IMG/VR virus record: IMGVR_UViG_3300025924_000020
Coordinates: 30,963 to 94,962 of that record
Direction: 5' to 3' (one strand)
Length of the DNA: 64,000 bases
DNA from: a virus
Taxonomy: Duplodnaviria; Caudoviricetes
The notes below the pieces were generated by a model. The model was not told where the DNA came from. It made no database searches and saw only the letters and a program-made list of their open reading frames with translations. A program made the position numbers and the translations under genes. The number at the start of each line of letters is the position of its first letter. Within the stretch, counting starts at the first letter, position 1. Below, in pieces: positions 19,278-28,736 of this stretch.

Positions 19278-19980
19278 TTACTCTCCAATTTATAGGTTCT
19301 AAATTATTCTGTTGAAACCATCTGTTTGCTTTGGAGAAGTGATTGCAACCTGAGTACTTATCAACACCATGACTTCCAGAGGCTGGGTGACCAGCCTCCA
19401 GAATCATGTGTTTATATTCAGGTATACCCCCTAAAGCAGTTAGTAGTGAATCTTGTGCTGACTTACCCCAAAGCATAAATACTTTAGGGTTATCATCTTT
19501 CCATAGAATCCTTAATACTTCATTGGTAAACTCCTCCCAACCTAATCCTTTGTGTGAAGTAGGTGTACCTGATCTTACAGTTAGGCATGTGTTAATTAGA
19601 AATATTCCTTTCTTAGCCCAAGGAGTCAAATCACCATTAGGAAAAGCCTTCAAGAACTCTTCTTGATTAGAGGTTCTAACTACATCTCTGTCTACCTCTC
19701 GATAGATCATCCTCAAAGAGAATGGTATCTCTTTCTGTAGTGTACTAAAGGCTAAACCATGTGCGTGATTTCCATAAGGATATGGATCTTGGGCCATCAT
19801 AATGGCTCGTACTTTTTCTGGAGGACATAATTCAAAAGCTTTAAAAATGTCATTTGGAGCAGGACAACATTTGTATGTTGTGTATTCTCTCCTCAGACTA
19901 TCTTTTAACTTTATGAAGTAATCTTTGTTAAGCTCCTCCTCCAGTAGTGGATACCACTGGCCTAGAAATTGTTGATTCAT
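19270..19980 (-). CDS. ung: Uracil-DNA glycosylase, family 1
   Basis: AQDPY, AHGLAFS, LIN..LTVR, SH..GWE.FT, FMLWG, HPAS, CNHFSKAN motifs. Confidence 0.92.
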   Translation of the reverse strand: MNQQFLGQWYPLLEEELNKDYFIKLKDSLRREYTTYKCCPAPNDIFKAFELCPPEKVRAIMMAQDPYPYGNHAHGLAFSTLQKEIPFSLRMIYREVDRDVVRTSNQEEFLKAFPNGDLTPWAKKGIFLINTCLTVRSGTPTSHKGLGWEEFTNEVLRILWKDDNPKVFMLWGKSAQDSLLTALGGIPEYKHMILEAGHPASGSHGVDKYSGCNHFSKANRWFQQNNLEPINWRVNE

Positions 19981-20356
19981 ACTTCCTTAACTTGTTAACC
20001 ATTTTCATGAAATCAGTCATGTACAGAATAGCAAATTTATCTTTAGTGATAAACCTACTGTTTACTTTTTCTGTTTGATTATGTAGTATGACATTCACAA
20101 TATTAGCTTCTTTGGGCATCTCAGATAGTATCTTGCCATATGTTAAATGACCTTTTACATTCTTACATTGTACTGACCAAGGTAATCTACCATGTAAAAT
20201 CTCATCTTGATTCACCAGATCTATCCCTTGATTATCTCTAGCTCTGTTTGCACTTCTAGATGTTACACAATTAACGAATCCAACTTTCCTAAATTCATTA
20301 GCACAATCCCTCTCAAATTTATGACCACTAGCTCGATTTCTCTTACCGTTCGTCAT
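19928..20356 (-). CDS. Holliday junction resolvase-like PD-(D/E)xK nuclease
   Basis: GHKFER..TSR..DNQGIDL..VQCK. Confidence 0.75.
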   Translation of the reverse strand: MTNGKRNRASGHKFERDCANEFRKVGFVNCVTSRSANRARDNQGIDLVNQDEILHGRLPWSVQCKNVKGHLTYGKILSEMPKEANIVNVILHNQTEKVNSRFITKDKFAILYMTDFMKMVNKLRKYESTISRPVVSTTGGGA

Positions 20357-21147
20357 AATACCTCTTCTGAATTCATAATCATTTTAGCCCGATTTAAAAA
20401 CTCCTCTTGAGTTAATTTAGGTTGTGGCGGCACTAAATACTCTACTATTTGTGCCCTAGTTAAATGTTCTACTTTAATCTGTTTGAGATCATCTAGTGGA
20501 CTTTCAGTTTTAAATGCATTATCTGTATAAGTCTCTCTAACTACCTTTATATCACTATAGGGTAGTGTCACTGGTTTTTCAGTATAGATACATGCCCTAA
20601 CGTACTTCAAATGTTTAGCTTTGATTAGCACTAAATATAGGGGTGTAAATACAATCTTATCAGTTCTGTAATCAGCTAGCCCAGGGTAAAAAGTATTTCT
20701 TATTGATGCAATTGTCTGTCTACGATTGCTGGTATAAGTTACTAGTCCAAAGTCTCCTATTATAGAAGCTGTTTCGGTTCTTCCCCATTCTGGAGAACTA
20801 AATGTAAATCCACGAATAGAATTACCTGATGAGGTTGAATCACCATAGTGTAGACAGTATTTGTCAACTACAGGACTATCGAGAATCTCTACTAAATTTT
20901 TCTTAACTAGTTTATCAAACTTTTTTTTCCAATTTTCACTTCTATCTTCTCTACCCTGCCATCTAGAAGCGATAGTAGAATAGGCTAATGTATCTTTATC
21001 ATTATAATACATTACGCTAAGGTCACCAGTTTTAAAGACAGGTAATAACTGTGCACAAAATAATGGCACAAATTGCTCTCCGCTTGATATTTTGATATAT
21101 CCCTGGTGATGCATTCCCGCATAGACGTCTTTTGCCTTTATATGCAT
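20353..21147 (-). CDS. Hypothetical protein overlapping the E1 gene
   Basis: 264 aa ORF. Confidence 0.7.
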   Translation of the reverse strand: MHIKAKDVYAGMHHQGYIKISSGEQFVPLFCAQLLPVFKTGDLSVMYYNDKDTLAYSTIASRWQGREDRSENWKKKFDKLVKKNLVEILDSPVVDKYCLHYGDSTSSGNSIRGFTFSSPEWGRTETASIIGDFGLVTYTSNRRQTIASIRNTFYPGLADYRTDKIVFTPLYLVLIKAKHLKYVRACIYTEKPVTLPYSDIKVVRETYTDNAFKTESPLDDLKQIKVEHLTRAQIVEYLVPPQPKLTQEEFLNRAKMIMNSEEVL

Positions 21148-21884
21148 AATTCTTCTACTTTAGGTTGTTCAAATAACATTAATGGTAGATTAAAATCTAA
21201 CTGTGTTATTACTTCTCTAGGTAGCACTTTAGGTACTTGGTTATTAAACCAATTTGTAATTTGGGATACCATTAATGCACTTATTAAGGCCCCACAGTGA
21301 GTAGTAGCCTTCATAGTACATTGAGCTTCAGGTAATTCACTATCATCAAAACAAGAGTTTCTATAATGACTTATAGTTTCTTCTGAGCTATCTTTTGGTA
21401 TAGCAAATACGTTACCTTGCTCCATTGACATTCTACCATCAACAAATAAGGATATTTCTTTACCATACTTTAGCCATAATTCAAAGACTATCTTTCTAGC
21501 TGCAATATTATCAAATGATACACAGACTACATCGATAGCCCTTAACATAGAAGCTATAGTTGGGTCATCCTCCTCTATTTTGTGGTTAAGGGGTGTTAGT
21601 TTAGTCTCTCCACATAGATAAGTTACAACTTCAGCCATCGCATCTACCTTAGACTTACCTACATGGTCTTTACCGTATAGCTGTCCAGCAATATTATGCA
21701 ATTCGACATCATCATAATCAACTGTAACTAGTTCAGCGCCAGTTCTAGCTAAGAATAAAGTTAGATTAGAGCCTATACCCCCTTGACCACAAATTAAGAT
21801 TGAACTACTAGAAATACCTTCAAACCAAGGTGCTCCCTTAAATCTACCGTAATACTCAGCAGTGTTCTTTTTTGTACGTGTCAC
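21138..21884 (-). CDS. E1-like ThiF/MoeB-family adenylyltransferase
   Basis: GQGGIGS, DYDDVELHN, KVDA, FDN..AR, DGRM, putative catalytic Cys in AQCTMK. Confidence 0.9.
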   Translation of the reverse strand: MTRTKKNTAEYYGRFKGAPWFEGISSSSILICGQGGIGSNLTLFLARTGAELVTVDYDDVELHNIAGQLYGKDHVGKSKVDAMAEVVTYLCGETKLTPLNHKIEEDDPTIASMLRAIDVVCVSFDNIAARKIVFELWLKYGKEISLFVDGRMSMEQGNVFAIPKDSSEETISHYRNSCFDDSELPEAQCTMKATTHCGALISALMVSQITNWFNNQVPKVLPREVITQLDFNLPLMLFEQPKVEELCI

Positions 21885-22917
21885 AGACAGTTTCGATTTT
21901 GTTTGCTAACCAATTATCATCATGCAACTTAACAAACTCCTTTACTGCATCAATGGCTTCTGCCTCTTTAATGTTAGTATTGAAGAAGTAAGCATCAAAC
22001 CAATAGCTTTTAAAGTACTGCATAAATGCTTTCTCATAAGTTGGTAAAGCTGCTGTAGTAACTAAGGTATTGGCTTTATTTAAAGCATCTTTAGGAGCTA
22101 TGTTCTTAGGGTCGTGACCCAACAGGAGCAACTCAGGTATTTCATTGAGTACTTTTCGATAAATATTCTGATCTACACCTTCAGGTTTATAAACCTTATT
22201 TACACTACTGTTAGTAGAGCTTTTATGATCAAAACCTATTCTATTAGGTACATAAACCGTTGTTTTCCTGTTCTTCAATTCAACTTCTTCAATTTGATTG
22301 ATAAGCCATTCCTCACCTTCATAAACGGTATCACAAGGAACTATAATTACACCTTTCCTCTTTTCTTTCTTCTGGTGCTTAGTAATTTGTTTCTTCAACC
22401 ATTTTGGTATAGACCATGTTTCAACTCCTTCAATCTCCTTTTCGTATTCGATAGAGATCTCAGAGAACGGTTGACAATCATAATTGCATACAACAGATAA
22501 AAACATTGGACTAGTAGGCGCATTGTCTACTAAGTCTTGAGTGTCTATACCTGAGTGAAATGCTCTCATGTTATGATGTGAGTGCAATTTACCAATATAA
22601 TATCCGTTATCTTTATCTTGTCTTGTAGGGTCTATCTGTGGGAACAATTCGAAGAATTTAATCCAGCTTTCATTTCCTTCAAATGAAGTAAATGTAGCAT
22701 CGCCAAAATCCATAAGGAATACATTCTCACAGGTTAGTTCCAATTCTGCTTCATCGTTGTCTAGAAATTCTTCTACACTACCTTTGGTAACTTTGTACAC
22801 CAATAACCCAGACCATTCTTTATTGGTTGGACATTGATTATGTAGAAGTGTTATTTGAGCTTGAAGCTCTGTTGTTAGCAGTACTTCTGCTCTTTTTTGT
22901 AATTTAAATGTTTCCAT
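21856..22917 (-). CDS. JAB/MPN+ (JAMM) metallopeptidase
   Basis: EWSG ... HSHHNMRAFHSGID = E..HxH-x7-S-x2-D. Confidence 0.88.
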   Translation of the reverse strand: METFKLQKRAEVLLTTELQAQITLLHNQCPTNKEWSGLLVYKVTKGSVEEFLDNDEAELELTCENVFLMDFGDATFTSFEGNESWIKFFELFPQIDPTRQDKDNGYYIGKLHSHHNMRAFHSGIDTQDLVDNAPTSPMFLSVVCNYDCQPFSEISIEYEKEIEGVETWSIPKWLKKQITKHQKKEKRKGVIIVPCDTVYEGEEWLINQIEEVELKNRKTTVYVPNRIGFDHKSSTNSSVNKVYKPEGVDQNIYRKVLNEIPELLLLGHDPKNIAPKDALNKANTLVTTAALPTYEKAFMQYFKSYWFDAYFFNTNIKEAEAIDAVKEFVKLHDDNWLANKIETVCDTYKKEHC

Positions 22918-24124
22918 TAAGTTTTGGAATATCTGAAAATATGTTATTTATTTCTTTCACTACCCTTCTGAAGAATGCATGTGACACTCTTAGGATAGTC
23001 TCATCTGTTGATTTTTCTACGGTCTCTGGTATGATCCTAAATGTTCTATTATACCAATGCTCTAATACTTGGCGACACTCTAATGGTAAATCACCATAAG
23101 TTGGAGGTCTACTATTAGAACCATTCCTAGCATTGTCAAGCATGTAACTGTTCATTGATAGGTTATATTTGAGAAGATCACTGGAGTGTATACTAGCAGC
23201 TAGCATTTCAGTAACTTTCCTCTCTATTTCAAACATCTTTTTACTAATTTCAATACTAGATAGCGACAAATAATTATCACCATTATTATGTGTAATCATA
23301 TCTGGTGTAAGTTGTTCGATTACTAATATAGCAAATTTTCGTATAATTTGATTTGAAGAATACACGCCGTTACTCGCTGTATCGGTTAGTGGAGTAACAC
23401 TTTTTAAGTTACTAATTGAAATATAAGGATTACCCTCTAAACTTTCCCATGATAAATAAGCATTTAGTTGAGCTAAGTATAACCCAAATTCTGCAGGAGT
23501 TAGACTGATTTTAGCTTTCTCATAGATCTTGGACATTGGTGTACCTGAACCCATACAAAAACTTTGAAAGTTATACAGATCTTGTCGTAAATGAGAATGT
23601 CCATAGATGTTATTTACTTCTCTTTGACTTAATGCTGCTCTCCACCCATACATGGCATTAAAACAAGTTTGAGTGTTGTTAACCGAAAGCTTAATTATTA
23701 GGTCTTCGACAGTGTGGGTTTCACCAGTATCATTAGTTAATGTTATACTAGGATATCTAAGATAGATACAACCATTGCTTCTATTAATCCAATAATTACC
23801 AGGCATTTCAATCTGCAGAATCTTCTCAGCTATTTCATAGATATCATCTTCTGTTTCTACTATAGTACTACTATCTGGTAGAAGTATGAACCGTCTTTCT
23901 AAAGTAGGAATGCATGTCACTTCGTAAACGCCCCTATCAAGATATCTAGTCCCTACTGACCGCACGGGTATCTTTTCTGGCCATGCAGTTCCTCTCCAAG
24001 GACTTATAGTATTAGAATAATTTAGTCTTAGGTTACCATCCATAGCCCAAAAGGCCTCAGAGCTACCTGATGTACCATTGTACTTAAGAATTTCTTCTTT
24101 TGTTGTTTTTAACGTTTTTATCAT
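22904..24124 (-). CDS. Prokaryotic E2-like conjugating enzyme domain protein
   Basis: YGHSHL..FCMGSG (His + catalytic Cys), WESLEGNPY; lies between the Ubl and JAB genes. Confidence 0.7.
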   Translation of the reverse strand: MIKTLKTTKEEILKYNGTSGSSEAFWAMDGNLRLNYSNTISPWRGTAWPEKIPVRSVGTRYLDRGVYEVTCIPTLERRFILLPDSSTIVETEDDIYEIAEKILQIEMPGNYWINRSNGCIYLRYPSITLTNDTGETHTVEDLIIKLSVNNTQTCFNAMYGWRAALSQREVNNIYGHSHLRQDLYNFQSFCMGSGTPMSKIYEKAKISLTPAEFGLYLAQLNAYLSWESLEGNPYISISNLKSVTPLTDTASNGVYSSNQIIRKFAILVIEQLTPDMITHNNGDNYLSLSSIEISKKMFEIERKVTEMLAASIHSSDLLKYNLSMNSYMLDNARNGSNSRPPTYGDLPLECRQVLEHWYNRTFRIIPETVEKSTDETILRVSHAFFRRVVKEINNIFSDIPKLNGNI

Positions 24125-24137
24125 AATTTATAATGTA

Positions 24138-24167
24138 AAAAAGTCTAGGTTTTACCCTAGACTTTTT
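24138..24167. terminator. Bidirectional intrinsic terminator inside the Ubl operon
   Basis: aaaaagtctagg-ttttac-cctagacttttt. Confidence 0.75.
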
Positions 24168-24175
24168 GATGTAAG

Positions 24176-24391
24176 TTAGAAGGGAACTTCGTCATCTATT
24201 GGATCGTGTGAACTTATATAGTTTACACTAGTACTATTTGATGCATACCAAGTAGGATTAATAGCTTGAGTATACACCATACCTGAACTTCCATAATCCA
24301 TTGTTTCTTTAGAAGATTCCTCTGTCTTTACTACATTACTTTCAGAAGATTGGTTAAAAAACCAATCTACTATTTGCTCAATTGTTTCCAC
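24176..24391 (-). CDS. Small protein with an SSB-Ct-like acidic tail
   Basis: GTG start overlapping the Ubl 3' end; ends DPIDDEVPF. Confidence 0.55.
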   Translation of the reverse strand: METIEQIVDWFFNQSSESNVVKTEESSKETMDYGSSGMVYTQAINPTWYASNSTSVNYISSHDPIDDEVPF

Positions 24392-24647
24392 GACCAGAAT
24401 TGTTCTTACTCATTACAAAGTAGAGAGTAAAATCTCCTGCTGGGAGTGTTTGTGAATCTGAAGTAAGATTGATGCTTTGACCAGCGTATTTAATCAAAGC
24501 ATTCATCCCACTAATAGCAAGTGCGCCAATCTTTGGTTCTTCTTCTTTCAATTGCCCCCATGTAGCAGCGGCTGAGAAAGTTTGACCAGAGGAGTTTTCT
24601 CCTCCTTGAGTAGAACCATAAGTAATCGATCTAGTTGCTTGTGACAT
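24378..24647 (-). CDS. Ubiquitin-like (beta-grasp) protein
   Basis: 89 aa; TWGQLKE helix, LPAGDFTLYFV last strand, C-terminal SG+RGNN; upstream of E2-JAB-E1. Confidence 0.7.
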   Translation of the reverse strand: MSQATRSITYGSTQGGENSSGQTFSAAATWGQLKEEEPKIGALAISGMNALIKYAGQSINLTSDSQTLPAGDFTLYFVMSKNNSGRGNN

Positions 24648-24649
24648 TC

Positions 24650-24922
24650 TTAAGCAGCAAATTCAGTGTCAAGAATTGATTGTGCAGTCGTTAGATCTGC
24701 TTTGTTTTGTGCTACTTCAGCTGTCAATCCCATTACTTTCTCTACATTAAATGGAACTGCTCCAAGAGCATCATTGTATGCAGCAGCCAAAGTAGCTGAT
24801 TGAGCTTTAAGTGAAGAAACTTTTTGTTCTACAGATGCACGTGCATGTGCTTCTGAAGTTGTTGCCGATGCTTTCTTCTTTTCATCAGCTGATTGTTGGA
24901 GCCTATCCAAATATTTGGACAT
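24650..24922 (-). CDS. Ala-rich helical/coiled-coil protein
   Basis: 90 aa ORF ending 2 nt before the Ubl start. Confidence 0.75.
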   Translation of the reverse strand: MSKYLDRLQQSADEKKKASATTSEAHARASVEQKVSSLKAQSATLAAAYNDALGAVPFNVEKVMGLTAEVAQNKADLTTAQSILDTEFAA

Positions 24923-24974
24923 ATTTAAAAATTAATTAAGTTAACTTGTTGACTGTTACTAGCCGCCAACTACG

Positions 24975-25322
24975 CTATTTTGTAAATGATTTGTTTCTAA
25001 AATGGAATAGATAAAAGACTGCATTACAGATAATATGTCCCATATGATGCAAACCTGATTCTGGATCGGTTTCTTCTTTATTGAATAAAGCCACCAAATG
25101 TCTCTGCATAGATTCTAAGATCTCTTCTCTATTTAATCCTTTCTTCCAATTGTCAGGAGCATATTTTTTACTACCAAACATCAGGACTTTAACGAATTCT
25201 TTGAGACTTTCCCAGTCTACCAAATTCCATTGTAGTTTACCTTCATTGAATCGGTCTGCTTTCTTTACTTCTCCTCCTCCACTAATGGCTTCCCAGTCGT
25301 AGAAGTGTGTTATTTTATTCAT
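24975..25322 (-). CDS. dATP/dGTP diphosphohydrolase-like domain protein (DUF5664-type)
   Basis: GK.W.LV..V..FG.KKY..DNW.KG..RHL..DPESGLHH.GH..CN. Confidence 0.85.
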   Translation of the reverse strand: MNKITHFYDWEAISGGGEVKKADRFNEGKLQWNLVDWESLKEFVKVLMFGSKKYAPDNWKKGLNREEILESMQRHLVALFNKEETDPESGLHHMGHIICNAVFYLFHFRNKSFTK

Positions 25323-26326
25323 ACTAGCATTTCATCTATAATTGTCTTTGCTCTTTCAAATCCAACAGCTTTACATAGATCTGTTTTATCTTTTGCTTCC
25401 TTTAGAAATCTAGGTTTGATCCAAGGATACTTATCTAGATACTTCTTAGTAGTTCTTTCTCCAGTCATATCAGGGTCTAGAGTTAAATAAATCTCTTTGA
25501 ATCGATCTTTTAATTCCATCATTTTACTATCAGGTATCATAGTACCTTCACTTCTAGCACATATAGCTTCGTATCCTAATCTACGACAAAAAATAACGTC
25601 CTTACATGATTTATCTATGATCAGCTTCTCACCCTGACTAGGTAATTGTATGTAGCCGAAAAAATAATTATCGGGTAGATCGTTACGAAACTTAAATGCC
25701 TTTTCTGCAAAAGGGCTATAAATCTGATAATATTCTCCTGTTCTATAACTGAATGTTGGGTCTGGTACTGTAAAGGGAGCTTTCTGCTCATTATAAGACC
25801 AGTACCACTTAATTTGATCTACTTTGTAAAGCTCTAAAAGAGCTTTATCTATTCTGAATTGTTCCCAATATTTACGTCCTTGCTCTGTGAAAGGGATAGG
25901 AGCAATACGTATTTTGATGTCAGTAAGATTTGGTCTATCGTAATAGCTTATCTTTTCTCTCTTTTCTACTGGAGTCAAGCTATAACCTAAGCCAAAGTCC
26001 TCATTAATCTTTGAGTACACTTCAGTTCTAGATAAATTAAATATCTTTTGGATCAATTTAAAAATTGTACCAGATTCATCACTAGCACTATCCTTCCACA
26101 TATAATCTACTCCTAATCCACTATTGGACTCATAAATACTAAAACTTGGAGTTGTATCTGATCTATAGGGACAGGGTAATGCTCGATGAAGTGGTATGTT
26201 ATCATAATCAACATAGAAACAGTAGAGAGTATACTCATCTACTTGTTCTAATATTGATTGTTCTGTTGGAATAATGGACTTGTATAATTCGTCAAAGTCC
26301 ACTTCTCTATTGTTATTTTGTTGCAA
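25319..26326 (-). CDS. DNA primase (crAss-type, TOPRIM)
   Basis: CPYRSDTTPSFSIY, WKD, KSCKDV, LDPD..G, KDKTD. Confidence 0.85.
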   Translation of the reverse strand: MQQNNNREVDFDELYKSIIPTEQSILEQVDEYTLYCFYVDYDNIPLHRALPCPYRSDTTPSFSIYESNSGLGVDYMWKDSASDESGTIFKLIQKIFNLSRTEVYSKINEDFGLGYSLTPVEKREKISYYDRPNLTDIKIRIAPIPFTEQGRKYWEQFRIDKALLELYKVDQIKWYWSYNEQKAPFTVPDPTFSYRTGEYYQIYSPFAEKAFKFRNDLPDNYFFGYIQLPSQGEKLIIDKSCKDVIFCRRLGYEAICARSEGTMIPDSKMMELKDRFKEIYLTLDPDMTGERTTKKYLDKYPWIKPRFLKEAKDKTDLCKAVGFERAKTIIDEMLV

Positions 26327-26990
26327 ACATTGATGATGCTTGTGCAGCTTCGGCTGTATTTACAGTCTGTGCTCCGCCTGCAGCATCTCCTTTATCATAG
26401 CCTTGCTCACTTTCATACTTACTAAATCTAAGTTTAGAAGGATTTACATCAGCGGGTTCAATAAAAGGATATGTTGTTAGATATTTAGTTCTTAGTTTAG
26501 GATAGTGTTTTGCTTTAGATTGACGGATAAACATAACGTTTACCTTCTTGCTGCTAGTACCTATTACTCCAGTCATCATAGAAATGAATTGAGTAATAAT
26601 ATTAGCATATACCTTGTCCATTGTAGTCTGCTCGGCTAGTAACGAACTAAGATTATCCTTAGTGATACCAGTATTAGCAAATACATCCCATTTACGCTTG
26701 TCAGCTGTTAAGTACACAGATGCGATATGATCCAACGGATCTTTCAATTCTGCAATACTATTTAATAGTTCTTCTGTGTTTTTCAATCCACCATTAAAGT
26801 TCTGTACTCTTGGTGAATATACAAGTAAATCTAGTTCTGGCTGATCAAAATCAGTTTGTCCTGCTGTAGACAATGCTGCTAATGGATCAACCTCTACATC
26901 TTGTTTAAACCCAATAACAAGGGTTCCTTTATCATTCTTGGTTACTTTAGTAACCTGCACATTTTTGTGAATTCCAACGCCTAAGCTCAT
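26313..26990 (-). CDS. Replication-module protein (possible ssDNA-binding protein)
   Basis: 225 aa between the Sak4-like ATPase and primase; VGIHKNV start. Confidence 0.5.
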   Translation of the reverse strand: MSLGVGIHKNVQVTKVTKNDKGTLVIGFKQDVEVDPLAALSTAGQTDFDQPELDLLVYSPRVQNFNGGLKNTEELLNSIAELKDPLDHIASVYLTADKRKWDVFANTGITKDNLSSLLAEQTTMDKVYANIITQFISMMTGVIGTSSKKVNVMFIRQSKAKHYPKLRTKYLTTYPFIEPADVNPSKLRFSKYESEQGYDKGDAAGGAQTVNTAEAAQASSMFATK

Positions 26991-27004
26991 ATATAGTTAA
27001 TTTA

Positions 27005-27631
27005 TTAATTTGTTACTGGTTCTTCGGTTATTACTTCTGTTGCTCTAGTTTTAATAATCTCTTCAAGATCAGTAGGTACTATTGGATAATATGATACATT
27101 CTCCCTCCTGATATAAGTTTCTTCACCCTTATTCTCTCCTCTGGAAATTACTTTGGGAATATAACTAATACCATCTGTGGTCTTGAAAACATTTTCTACT
27201 TGTATTACTAAATCTACATAAGTTTGATTTTCAGTTAACCAACCAAACTCTTTTACTAGATTAAGCAGTTCTTCACTTTTTGTTCCCTGTGTGAATACAC
27301 TACTTTTTGGGGTGCCATCTTCATTGTATCTACATGAAGCAAATAAATCTATCTTACTTTCAGTTTTAGGTGTAATACCAAATAAGATAGCTCTTGGATA
27401 AGCAGCTAGTATAGACCATTTCTTAGTATCTACAATGTCTATACCATTACCTTGTTCTGTGTCTGAATTATCTCTATACTCCAGATTTGCAAATTCGGCC
27501 AACTCTTTGCTAGGATATACATTACCATTAGCAAAGATTCTAAGTATCTTGCCTCCTTCTGGAGTAGTTTGTTTAGGCGGCTTTTGCCTACCTGTGTCGA
27601 CTAGGGTTAAGTTTTTAAAGAAATCGTACAT
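27005..27631 (-). CDS. Hypothetical protein
   Basis: 208 aa ORF. Confidence 0.7.
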   Translation of the reverse strand: MYDFFKNLTLVDTGRQKPPKQTTPEGGKILRIFANGNVYPSKELAEFANLEYRDNSDTEQGNGIDIVDTKKWSILAAYPRAILFGITPKTESKIDLFASCRYNEDGTPKSSVFTQGTKSEELLNLVKEFGWLTENQTYVDLVIQVENVFKTTDGISYIPKVISRGENKGEETYIRRENVSYYPIVPTDLEEIIKTRATEVITEEPVTN

Positions 27632-27643
27632 CTATAAAACAGT

Positions 27644-28327
27644 TTAATTATTGTATTCTTCAATCTTTTTTAAGACATAACTTAGATTGTTAGGAATCTC
27701 AAGTTTGTCAAACATTCCTCTAGGAGATTTACCAGTATTTGTACCATCATTTTGAGTTACAAATACATACTCCATGTTACCATCTTTATTTTTATTAGCT
27801 TTGCTATACAGCACAACACTAAACATGCCTTCGATATTTAGGTACTGATCTACCAATTTACCAATTGTTTTTGCTTTGATGATCTTGTTACCAAAAGTGT
27901 CTGTATCTACTTCTGGATGCATCATCATAATGAAATTAAGGTTAGGTCTTAAACTCTTACCTTTAATAATGATATTGGAAAAGTTAGTTCCAATATCTGT
28001 GTATTTACCATAACCAGCTTCTTTAGCTCTAGCCATGAATTCGAATGCCATAATATAATTTGCATCATCTAAGACGAAATTTCTAATATGTGGCATTTGT
28101 GTGTTTACATAATCCAACGCCCCCAATACATCCACAGCTTTATCTATATTGAATAGATTACCGTTTGTATTGTCTTTGGTCCATTCTACATAATTTTGTT
28201 TATATCCTTTGAATGGTAGTGCCTTTTTTGCTGGATTAGTTATTACTGTTTCTTGAGGATTTAGTTCCTCCAATGCTGTACTTTTACCAGTTCCTGACTG
28301 GCCTATGATTAGGATCTCTTGCCCCAT
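27644..28327 (-). CDS. AAA_24 / Sak4-like ATPase (recombinase)
   Basis: GQSGTGKST, KKALPFKG, VLDD, GYGKY, KTIGK, KSPRGMF. Confidence 0.85.
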   Translation of the reverse strand: MGQEILIIGQSGTGKSTALEELNPQETVITNPAKKALPFKGYKQNYVEWTKDNTNGNLFNIDKAVDVLGALDYVNTQMPHIRNFVLDDANYIMAFEFMARAKEAGYGKYTDIGTNFSNIIIKGKSLRPNLNFIMMMHPEVDTDTFGNKIIKAKTIGKLVDQYLNIEGMFSVVLYSKANKNKDGNMEYVFVTQNDGTNTGKSPRGMFDKLEIPNNLSYVLKKIEEYNN

Positions 28328-28734
28328 TACTTCACTTTGTATTTTGATTTTACAGCTTCTATTAATCCTTTAAGATCAGTGACATCAACTGTAGCCAACG
28401 TTACTGTTGTTACTACTTCATTAATTGTCGGGATATTGGATTTAGGATAAGATTTCATTATGTAGTCCCTTTTTGCTGCTAGTAAATCTTTCTCAGCATC
28501 TTCCACGCTAATCAGGCCATAATAATAACCACTATGCCCATAACTCTTCCCTATCTTATTAATCTCAGTAGCTACTGTAGTATAATCCGTTACTAATTTT
28601 TTCTCTTTAGTGCTTAATTTAACTGCATCTTGTGCTTTCTTTTTCTCAGCTTCATATTTTTGTACTGATACTTTGAAAAGTTCATCCCATATTGACTGCG
28701 CAATAATTTGGATGGTTTGATTTGTTATCTTCAT
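28327..28734 (-). CDS. Hypothetical protein
   Basis: 135 aa ORF. Confidence 0.7.
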   Translation of the reverse strand: MKITNQTIQIIAQSIWDELFKVSVQKYEAEKKKAQDAVKLSTKEKKLVTDYTTVATEINKIGKSYGHSGYYYGLISVEDAEKDLLAAKRDYIMKSYPKSNIPTINEVVTTVTLATVDVTDLKGLIEAVKSKYKVK

Positions 28735-28736
28735 TA

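Noticed and set aside
21138-21884. ThiF as a thiamine/molybdopterin biosynthesis gene
   Set aside because: No cofactor-pathway neighbours; the context is JAB, E2 and Ubl
24975-25322. 2-aminoadenine or deazaguanine DNA modification pathway
   Set aside because: Only the diphosphohydrolase-like gene is present; no PurZ, Que or Dpd genes in the window
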